This document shows positions 42,000 through 64,000 of a DNA stretch of 64,000 bases, piece by piece. The DNA lies in assembly GCA_051294375.1 (NCBI GenBank), contig CM119270.1, forward strand, positions 1,648,091 through 1,712,090, given 5' to 3'. The translations under genes and the position numbers were made by a program. The notes below the pieces were generated by a model. It saw only the letters and a program-made list of their open reading frames with translations. It searched no databases and had not been told where the DNA came from. Origin of the DNA: Paraspadella gotoi (taxonomy: Eukaryota; Animalia; Chaetognatha). Each line of letters starts with the position of its first letter. Within the stretch, counting starts at the first letter, position 1.

Positions 42000-44900
42000 G
42001 GAGAGAGGAAGATTTTCTTAACCGAACGAGTTCACTGAGCATTAAAGCTGCAGAAAAAACAGAAGAGTTCATCGCACGAAATGTTCAAATTTTCTTTTTC
42101 ACACCGCCAGCGTCGGCGGCTGCGCGCCGCCGGGGCTGCGGCGGCGCCGGCGGCGGCTGCGGCTCCGGCGGAGGCGACTGCACCAAAGTTCTCTCCCTGA
42201 GGATTCGAGAGCAAAGAAGCCATGATTTCGGCGGAGGACAAAGCGTTGGCGAAGAAAAAAGCTGGGGGCCGAACTTTGTTCTATTTTCCGAAAGCGCAAA
42301 ATTTCTGTTCCTAATCCCTGATTTAATGCTAACTCAAATAATATTTAATATAAATGAAAAATAAATATATATTTAAATTTAATTTTTTTATCTTTTATCT
42401 CAAATTTTAAATATTCTTGTTTTTAAGAATTATCTTTTAAAATAAAGTAGTAATTTTAAATTAAAAAAAATTAAATTCCATGCATCCAGTCAGTCGTTCT
42501 CATTCATATATAATCTTTAACCCTAATTTTTGATCCATAATTTAAATCCTTAATATTTTTTTTAAATTTAATCCCCGAACATAATTAATTTATTGTCAAA
42601 ATTTTTAATTTAACCTTAACCCAGTTAAACTAATTTCTAACCTTAATCCCCGACTAACTTTTAAATCTTTACCTTTAACTTAATTTTAAAAAAAATATAA
42701 AATTCATTTATTTCATTTTAAGCTGAAGTGGGTCGCTTTTGAAAAATAAGGCCGAAACGACAAAGCCTCCCGCCCCTACTCATCTCTCTCTCTCTCTCTC
42801 TCTCTTCTCTCCATCTCTCTCTCTCTCCTCTCTCTCTCTCAGCAAAAGGCGGGAGGCGGTCGGAGAAGAAGAGACCCGAGTGGGCGGGGTAAAAAGGGGC
42901 GCGTGATTTTAAGGCTTCGGTGTTTTGCCGAAGTCGTGGCGGACCATTTGTATGAATTCCAGACTTGCTTCAGACCAACAAGGCGACCAGACATGGCGAC
43001 CGACAAGGCGACAGATATCGCCATTTTTAAGCTTGCCTTCATTTTTATGTCTCCAGTTAATTAACTTAATCAACCATTAATTATAAAAAAAAAGTCGAAC
43101 GACTCAGTCAATCAATTCTGTAAGCAATCAAACAATCCAAACAAGCATTCAGAATACAGAGCGAGTCAAGTCAATCAACTTATAAATCAGATGGATACTT
43201 TAATCAACCAATCAATCAAATCAATCAATCAATCAATCAATAATCAAATCAATCGAATCAATCATATCAATCGAATCATCAAATCAACAATCACAAGTAA
43301 TAACTCAAATCCCCTTTCCTCACCGTATGCCAGTCGGTGGCGTTCGTCGACAAATAGTAGCACGACTGGACGAGCGTGTTGGCAAAGTATCCCTCCGGAC
43401 AATTGTCTTTGTTGAAGGGACCTCTCGTCGTCGTCGGCGTCGTCGTCGTCGTCGGCGTCGTCATCGTCGTCGCCTCCGCCAATTCCGTCGCTGCCGACGC
43501 GGTTCCCGTCGACTCGGGATTCTCTGCCGACGCAGTCCCCGCCGACGCGGTTCCGGCCGTTTCGCCGGACGAGGGCGTCGTCGACGTCGTTGCCGACGCG
43601 GTCACTCGCGTCGCCGACGAAGAATCGGCGCCGGAACCTGAGAAAAGAAAAAGGAAAAATAAAAGGAAATTAAGGAAAATAAAAAGGGGAAGGAAAGGAG
43701 AGAAGGCGTCGGTCGGATGTTTGTCGAAGTTGTGATCGGCGATTTCGTCGTTGTCGTCATTATCGTCGTCGTGGTCGTCAAATTAATCGTCCCGTCGTGG
43801 TCGTCATTTTCTTCGTCGTGACCTTCATCGTCTCGTCGTCGTCGTCGTCGTCGTCGTCGTTTTCCAACTTCCCATACCGAGTCCTTCTTCTCATCACCGA
43901 CTTTTTAAATTTCCGCTTTTTCATCAATCAAATTTTATGTTCGCCTCTTCGCTATCCTGATTTTTTCGTTCTGGCGAAAAATTTTCTCATTTAAAAAGGA
44001 TTTGATGGATTAGTTCTGCTGGAGACGCACCTGTCGTTTCAACAACACCAGCCCCAGCAGCCGTGGACGAGGATGTTTCTGTTGAATCTGTGATTATTGG
44101 TCCCGTTGTTGGTAACAAAATCTCACGAGTCGATTCTGCGGCCGATTGCTCTGAAGGAGACATTGTCGACGAGCTCGTTGATGGCAAATCTGATGGAGTC
44201 GTTGCAGCGGATGTTGTTATCGATGTTGTTACATCTTTCGGCGCTGTATGCGATTGAGTAGCAATCTCAGTTATTGAAGAAGTAGTTTCCCTCAAATCAT
44301 CAAGAGATGTTTGGAAATGTGTTGTTGTTGTTGTTAACTGTGTTGTTTGAGTTGTAATCATTGTCGTATCTAACATCGTTTCTTTAGTGGATGGAGACAT
44401 TTCCGGGTTATCACCGGTCGTCGTTGTTGTTACACTCATTTTCTCGATAGTAGTTTCTGTAGAAGTCGATACGATAATCTCATTCGTTGATTCCGCTCGA
44501 TTTGGCTCGGAATTCGTCGTTATCAAAGTTGTTGTTGTTGTCGTCGCTTCCAAATCTTTTGTTGCTGACATTGTCAAGGAAATCGCAGATGGCGCTACCG
44601 AATTTGATGCCGCGGTTTCTCTCGGTAACGATGTTGAGTGCGATGGATTCGCAATCTCACTCACGGACGGCGTCGTTTCCATCCAATTATCGATGGTCGT
44701 CTTTGAATTCGTCAGCCAATCAGATCCGTCGGTACTCGTCCGCTTCCATAGGGTCGTCGTCAATTCTCTACCTGATGGATCCGTTTCCATGGCGACGTTG
44801 GTGTTTGCCGTTGTTGCTGTCGTTTCTTCCATTGCGATCGTTATGTCGGGAGCCTGACTTGTTTCCACTGACAGAGTTGACGTTGAGTAGCCTGTCGTCG

Positions 44901-47461
44901 TTGCGTTTGCAGTTTCTGGCATCAAGGACGTTGTTGCTGTTGCAAGGTGTCCATCGGTCGAAAATGTTGACATTTCTGTGATCATTACATTGAGCGGGAT
45001 TCCGTTAGTTGAGTACGGAGTTAATGAGTAAGCATCGTTTGTTGGAAAGGTTGATCCCATGTCCGTTGGAATGGTTGATACCATGTCGGTGGAAATGGTT
45101 GATTCCATGTCTGTAGAAATAGTTGATTCCATGTCTGTGAAAATGGTTGATTCCATGTCTGTGAAAATGGTTGATTCCATGTCTTTGGAAATGGTTGATT
45201 CCATGTCTGTGAAAATGGTTGATTCCATGTCTTCCGTCGACAGTTTGTCTATTTCTGTCATCTCGTTCTTACCAGTCGTTGACGAAATCACTGATCGTCC
45301 GGTCATCGCAGATGTTCCATCGGTGATCATTGCATTCCCGGTCATCGCAGATGTTCCATCGGTGATCATTGCATTCCCGGTCATCGCAGATGTTCCATCG
45401 GTGATCATTGCATTCCCGGTCATCGCTGTGACAGAGTTTCCATTCGATGAGTCGCCGTTGGCAGTCGTGATTGTCTCAATCGTCGTTGCTGCCTCTAACG
45501 TTGGTTCTGTCGCGGTTGCATCAACGGTCATGGAATTGGCTCTCGTCGTGGTCGTCGAGTTTCTGTCGTCGATCGTCAAATTAGTCGAGGCCTTCTCGTC
45601 AATCTCAGTTTGGTTGGCGATTGCATTTGGTGATTGCATCGACGTCGTTGAAAGCAAGGAGGTATCGTTGGACCAAGTACCGTTCGTGTTTGGAGTCGTT
45701 GGCGTCGATTTCGATTCCTGAATTTGAGGGGAAAAAAAAGAACAAATTAACTTTTTGCTCAATTTTTTTTTTTGAAACAAAAAAAGTTGAAATATATATA
45801 ATGAATTTATCTTTTAAGCCTATATGTTCGTATCAATGAAACGTTACCAATCTTTTCGTACGTTCTTGGTAAACTTGAAATCCGATTAAATTTAAAAAAA
45901 AAAAATAAATACTACTCGATTCGACTATTGTTAAATGTTTTCATTCTAGTTTTTGGTTTAATAAAACGACATTTTAAACAAACTTAATTGTTACAATGAT
46001 TTTTCCTCCATTGCGCATGAACTTCGTTTCGATAATATCACTTAAATACAATATTACAATAATAACGACTAACCTGAGTTGAGGGTAGATAAACGAAGAG
46101 TATGACGGCGATGACGACGAAAAAGAGGACGACGACGACGGCGATGATAGCGACGACGAAAAACTGACGACGACATCGTCGTCTTTCGTCGGGATCGTCG
46201 TCGTCGTCGTCGTCGTCGTCGTAGGTGAGGATGTACTCGGCGAAGCTCTTCGCCTGCGGTGGTGGGGGGGGGAAGGAGGGTAAGTGAATGAAGGGTGAGT
46301 GGGCGATGGCGAAAGGAGTTGGGGAGGAAAACGTGAGGTTGAGGTTATGGGGAAAAGTCTCAGGATTTAATGAAGCCAAGCTATTGATAAAATATACAGA
46401 TTATGAAAAACAATTAAAGAAAAAAAGATGTAAAAGAAAGTAATTGTTTGTTTTCCTTTTGTTTCTTTTCGTTTCATTTTTGTTTTTTTGTTTCTTTTTT
46501 GCGCTAAAAACTATCCTAATTCGTCATTAAGGCAGAAATCGAGCGTTTTGGTAAAATAGGGCCATTTTTGATTTTTCCATCTCACCTTTTTATCCTTCCC
46601 CTTTTCTTCCTCTTTCTTTTTCCCTCCTCCTCCTCCTCCTCCTCCGCCTCCTCCTCCTCTCCCTCCAGATACGGCGCCGTTCTTCATCTTCTCTCCGGCG
46701 TCGATGACGCCGCTTTTCTTCGCGGCGCCGCGTAGATCCTCGCCATCTACTTCGACGTATTTCGCCGGCGAGAAATGGTCGCCGTTTTTAAAGGGAAAGG
46801 GAGGAGTGAGCGGAGCGCCCATGAGGTTGTGAGCGGCGTTATCCGTGGCGGTTAAAACCACGCCGCCACCGCCGCCGCTGACCGCCGAACCGATCCGTCG
46901 CTTAGTTCTCTCGGCACCGGCGCTTACCGGTGGGCCGAATCCCGGCGGCGCTCTTCTGGACCGCGTCATCGGCGCCGGTTCATGACGTTTCCGATCTCGT
47001 CTCTCTCTCGGCGGTGGCGCCGGTTTTCGACGCCGGTCTTCCCACTCGGCGTCGCTATTGTCGTTCGGGTAGAAAGCGGCGACGCCGGGTACTGGGGGAA
47101 ATCGAGGTCGAGACGATGACGCCGGCGGGCGGGGCCCTGGTTGACGCGGCGCCGTCATCGTTCGTTGATAAAATTGACGAAGAGTCAAATCGAGAAGTTC
47201 CAAGTTGGAGAGATGCTCCGCCGACCGACCTTGGAATGGCTCGTCCGGTCCGCCGCCTCTAAACTTCTCCCCCTCTGGCTGAATTCTCCTTCGATTGTGT
47301 CGTCGAGACGAATGCGGCGCTGTCACCGCCGACGGCTCCCTCGGTGCCGTCGGCTCCGCAAATTGCGGCGCCAACATTGACGGCGTCTCTTCTTCTTGCG
47401 TCGGCACTAAAGTCGGCGCCTCTGTTGGATCCTTTCGCGATTCCACCGGCGCCGCCGGCAT
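36542..47461 (-). CDS. Gene C: type II membrane mucin-stalked C-type lectin receptor, 7 exons, ~1140 aa
   Basis: Exons 47461-46586, 46253-46074 (TM), 45717-44031 (mucin), 43637-43324, 38094-38001, 37478-37365, 36695-36542, all AG/GT bounded. CTLD motifs CPEGY…SCYY…W, A…C…GANLASI, WLGGND…EG.W.W, QPD, WMD.PC…FICE. Two single-base insertions (exons 5 and 6) must be removed. Confidence 0.9.
36720..37150 (-). mobile_element. SINE-like element, copy 3, with tandemly amplified B-box
   Basis: Body matches 5101-5235 (CCTCAAGCCTGGTTCCAAG…GGTTAAAGAAGTTGCGGAT); nine ~22-bp units at 36904-37118. Confidence 0.78.
37365..37478 (-). CDS. Gene C exon 6: CTLD WIGL-like strand (LDTAARSGFRRWLGGNDISEEGVWRWLAG[YPNSLIADG])
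   Basis: WLGGND motif; removing one base of the run at 37390-37392 restores phase 2 with the last exon. Confidence 0.88.
38001..38094 (-). CDS. Gene C exon 5: CTLD helices (AQSVCQSHDGANLASIQTQTEN…)
   Basis: TTTTTCAG acceptor, GTGAGT donor; 94 nt, one base too long for phase 0>0. Confidence 0.85.
39605..39740. repeat. (CTATT)n pentanucleotide microsatellite
   Basis: Read directly from the sequence. Confidence 0.9.
40877..41025. repeat. ~74-bp direct tandem duplication
   Basis: GGTTTTCAT.TCCGACGGCCGTGGATTCGATATC.GTGTCTTACCCTGCCCCGTTTCTCGAGCGA(n) occurs at 40877 and 40951. Confidence 0.9.
42277..42753. mobile_element. MITE-like element, same family
   Basis: Left TTCTATTTTCCGAAAGCGC, right GGGTCGCTTTTGAAAAATAAGGCC; TAACC-rich core. 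Confidence 0.58.
43324..43637 (-). CDS. Gene C exon 4: end of stalk and start of CTLD (NCPEGYFANTLVQSCYYLSTNATDWHT)
   Basis: Phase 1>0; long-form CTLD N-terminal Cys pair. Confidence 0.9.
44031..45717 (-). CDS. Gene C exon 3: ~560-aa Ser/Thr-rich mucin-like stalk
   Basis: Within ORF 43987..45780; acceptor TTCAG, donor G|GTGCGT phase 1; many N-x-S/T sequons. Confidence 0.9.
45050..45425 (-). repeat. Coding tandem repeats in the mucin exon: ~8 x 24 bp (TDMESTIF/S) and 3 x 39 bp (GNAMITDGTSAMT)
   Basis: Visible in both the DNA and the 597-aa ORF. Confidence 0.92.
46074..46253 (-). CDS. Gene C exon 2: acidic run, basic juxtamembrane stretch, signal-anchor TM (FFVVAIIAVVVVLFFVVIAVILFVYL)
   Basis: CAG acceptor, CAG|GTTAGT donor, 180 nt phase 0>0; RRRCRR precedes the TM (positive-inside rule, type II). 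Confidence 0.88.
46586..47461 (-). CDS. Gene C exon 1: 292-aa Pro/Arg-rich cytoplasmic region
   Basis: GC-rich ORF 46511..47461; donor AAG|GTGAGA phase 0; no signal peptide. Confidence 0.8.
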
Positions 47462-48937
47462 TGGGGGACAATTGTTAATTTGTTTATTGTTTATTGTTTA
47501 TTGTTTATTGTTTATTGTTTATTGTTTTTGTTTACTTTGTTTTTTGTTTACTTTGTTTATTCTCTCTTTGTTTTGTATGTTTTGAGTAAAAAATTGCTTT
47601 GGGTTTTTAGCAGGAGATGAAATACATATAAATTGGTTTCGGTCTTTTGGTTGTATTAGACAATTCTGTAAAATTGTCAATCAAGACAAAATTTAGTTAG
47701 AATTAAAATTACACTAATGATGATGATTATAATTTTTTTTCCTTATTCGTCCAAAAGAGAGCGAGTTCAGAAATTAGGTGAGAGATAATTAAGTGTAATA
47801 AAATAGTAATCAAATAGTTTTTTGATCGGAGCAGTCGTTTAAGTTTTAGTATACTAGAACTAGTACAATATCAAATCATGGATACTGATTATTTCGAATT
47901 TAAAAACTTAATACGAAAAAAAGAAAATAGTTGAATCGTGCAATTAATAAAAACGAATCTAAGACTAAGAATTCGACCAAAAATAACTTCATATTTTGTC
48001 ATTATTTTCGCCACAAAAATTTAAGCAAAAAAAAAAGGAGAAAATCTTTCTCCAGAATTTCCATGGAATTTTTTGCCGCCTTTTTATTTTTAGTTATTCC
48101 ATTAAATACAATCTTTTTTATTGTTATTTCATTGATTGCCATCTTTAGGGTTGTTATCCTGAGGTTGTTTTCGTCGTCGTTAGGATTAATATTTTTAAAC
48201 GATTTAGTTCGAGAAAAAAAAAGAAGATTTTTCCCCCTAACACAAACTGCGTCATAAGATGAGGTCGTCGCGTGTCTCCAGGGAGGAGGATAGGAAGTCA
48301 GTCTGTCCGTCCGTCCGTCCGTCCGTTCGTACGGGGTCGAGAAAGGAAGAGGCGGGACGAGATGAAATGACATTTTTGTGGTTTTCATTTTTTGATCAAA
48401 TAATAAATCTCGATGGTTACTATTTTAGTTGTAGATTGAAAACGAACGAAGAAATAGATATGTAAATTATTTAAACTATCCTTTTTTTTTCCATTATAGA
48501 AAATATTCATTCATTTAGAAAATAAGCTATCTTTTCACTGACTTTTAACATTGGACGCAGTTATAATTTATAAAGCAAGCTAAGGAGACTAACTAATTAA
48601 TTTTTATTCATATTTGTTTTGTTTTGAACCAAGAAAAAAGTAATTCGCTATCAACTAAATAAATCCTCGAATAATGTTATGTTATTTATGATTTTCAATG
48701 TCGAATTCGTTAAACCCGTATCTCGCTGCATGAGGTGTCAACATCCTGTCTCGCTTTTACAATTTTTTTTCCCGCTTGTTTAACATTTGATCTCTGAAGT
48801 CCATTAACCTCGAAATTTGTTGATGAAGATGATGATGATTTCATCGTCTTGGTTTTCGTCGTCGTCGTCGTCATTAAGGTCAACACGAAATCTCGACCAA
48901 ATATTTTTTTTGAGTCATTAACACTGACCAGTGGTCA

Positions 48938-48980
<43 letters not shown>

Positions 48981-49339
48981 TATCTTTGTCTGAGGACAAA
49001 AGCTTTTTTTTACGCTTTCAACTGTTTTTTTTTCGCTTTTAATCTTTATTTAATTTAATAGTATCCCAATTTCTAAAATTATTCTTTCCTTCTTAAGATT
49101 CATAAATTAAATTTGCAATTTAGTTTAAATTGTTTAGTATTAAATGTTTTCTCCCTAATTCTTCCTCAACTAAGTTTTTAAGTTTTACTCCTCATCTTTT
49201 TTTCATTTTTTTCTTTTTGGCACCTCTTGTTTTTTCGCGGGTTCTCTTCGTGTATTTCAACACCTCCGAATATAAGAAGAGAGAAAAGAGAAAGAATAAA
49301 AGGGAAAATAAAATAAAATACTTAAGGGGTCTTTTCATT

Positions 49340-49562
49340 AAAACATTCTTTGTAATATTATGCCACTTCATTGATAGGGAAGCGAGGTACTGTGGGAGTG
49401 AATAAACGAGACTGTGAGAGAGTCTTGATTGAAAGATTGCAGGGACCTGCTTGTAAGAGTGAAGGGGGCATTAAACCTCCAAAGCCTGTCTGGAAAATCA
49501 GGAGCAAGATAGCTTAATTATTAAATGAATGGATAATTTTAATATTGGTTTTAACAATTTCA
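49340..49562 (+). mobile_element. Partial copy of the fold-back element
   Basis: AAACATTCTTTG.AATATTAT.CCACTTCAT…GATAGCTT…AATGGATAATTTT matches 24813-25045. Confidence 0.7.
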
Positions 49563-49898
49563 TTCAAAAAGAGAAAAGATAAAGATGGGAAAGAAAAGAG
49601 AAGAAAGAAAAAGAAAAAAAAAGAAAAGAGACAAAGGAAAAGAAAGAAAAGAAAATAATTAAAACAGCACCAACCATAACGCGATTTTTTCCGCCGACGT
49701 CGTCGCCATTTTATTTAATATTTTCTATGAATTCTTAATTCGAAAATGTTTTCATGACTCATTACTTCTACTTTTTTTTTGGTCTATAGAATCAAATTGA
49801 TCTTTTATTTCGCGAATAAGAAAAATAAGGATTTAAAATTAAGAAGAAAGTTATTTTTGTTTTATTATGAGAAGAAAAGAAAAAGAGAGAAAGAGAGG

Positions 49899-49961
<63 letters not shown>

Positions 49962-50319
49962 TATTTTTATATCACTCTCTCCTATTTTCTTTCTCCTTCT
50001 CTCCTGATTTATGTCCTCTCTTCCCCTTTCCTCTTCCCCTCTCCTCCCCTTCTTCATCTTTCCCTCTCCCTCTTCCTCTAATTCCTAATTTCCCTTCCCC
50101 TTTCCTCTTCCCCTCCTCTATTTCCCCTCTCCTCCCCTTCTTCTTCTTTCCCTCTCCCTCTTCCTCTAATTCCTAATTTCCCTTCCCCTGTCCCTCCCCC
50201 TTCCTCACCGTCTCCATCTCTCCTCCCCCCGATCCCTTGTCTGCCCTTTACGAAATGAACAAAATAGCATCGACTTCACTCCCATTGTTTATCCTCTTTC
50301 GCTCCCAGAGATTCTGGCG

Positions 50320-63400
<13,081 letters not shown>

Positions 63401-63409
63401 TTTTTGTTT

Positions 63410-64000
63410 TCGACGAGCCATATATTCCGTCAAAAATAATACTGAACATAAAATATACAAATTAAAATTACACGTTCTCAAAATAAACGGAGAAATGGGA
63501 AGGAAAAAAAGAAAGATAACAATAGAAATACAAAAATGGAAATAAAAGCCTAAAAAGGATTCCCGCCCTTTTTTGTCCAAGAAAAAAAAATAAAAGAAAC
63601 TGAACTCGGGAGAAAAATAATGGAAAAATGGGAAGNNNNNNNNNNNNNNNNNNNNNNNNNTAGGAATTACGAGCCTCTCTCTCCTCTTCTTTCTTCTCTC
63701 TTTCCTCTCTCTCATCTCTCCTTCTCTCTCTCTCTTCTCTCTCTCTTCTCTCTCTCGTCTACTCTCGTCTTCCGCTATTTTTCCAATTATTTTCTGCGCG
63801 AGTGTCAGTTTCTTTATTCTGTTTTTTCTTGGACAAAAAAGGGCGGGAATCCTTTTTTAGGTTATTTTCCATTTTTTGTTTTCTATTGTTAATTTTTCTT
63901 TTTTTCCTTCCCATTTTCTCCGTTTATTTTGAGAACGTGTAATTTTAATTTGTATATATTTATGTTCAGTATTATTTTTGACGGAATATATGGCTCGTTC
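63410..64000. repeat. Second inverted duplication around the 25-N gap at 63636-63660
   Basis: 63414-63635 is the reverse complement of ~63769-64000 (GAGCCATATATTCCGTCAAAAATAATACTGAAC versus the window end). Confidence 0.85.

Noticed and set aside
42909-43031. Minus-strand frame LKNGDICRLVGRHVWSPCWSEASLEFIQ as the next CTLD exon
   Set aside because: Weak acceptor and poor motif match; 38094-38001 fits the CTLD far better.
44063-45721. Plus-strand Val-rich ORFs (44063, 44387, 45059)
   Set aside because: Antisense shadows of the Thr/Ser-rich mucin exon.
48522-48602. ~70 bp sequence shared with 52628-52700 as a regulatory element
   Set aside because: Begins with the fold-back element's end motif (ATAAGCTATCTT); more likely a repeat fragment.

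Overview
AT-rich, microsatellite-dense animal (invertebrate-like) genomic scaffold with GT-AG introns; no prokaryotic features. I reconstructed three spliced genes by hand. (A) A 5'-partial plus-strand gene of low-complexity exons (polyN/polyQ, Pro-rich, acidic) ending in a single LIM zinc-finger exon (653-11601). (B) About 0.9 kb downstream on the same strand, a 13-exon divergent Shaker/Kv1 voltage-gated K+ channel of ~510 aa (12508-28071). (C) A 7-exon minus-strand type II membrane protein of ~1140 aa with a long cytoplasmic tail, a Ser/Thr mucin stalk and a C-terminal QPD-type C-type lectin domain (47461-36542). The best lead is an in-phase donor inside the LIM exon and an in-phase acceptor just before the channel ATG, which would allow a LIM-Kv1 fusion transcript. 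The channel's S1 exon also keeps the overall frame under canonical splicing while being read in an alternative frame. Repeats include a tRNA(Met)-like SINE (one copy with a 9x amplified B-box), a MITE family whose TIRs enclose degenerate TTAGGG arrays, and a fold-back element. Parts of the window look like poorly polished long-read gap fill (25-N gaps, single-base indels in exons, a tandem duplicate at 33.5-34.6 kb, a ~6 kb error-rich inverted duplicate at 50.3-63.4 kb), so several oddities may be assembly artefacts. All calls come from reading the sequence; no searches were run.
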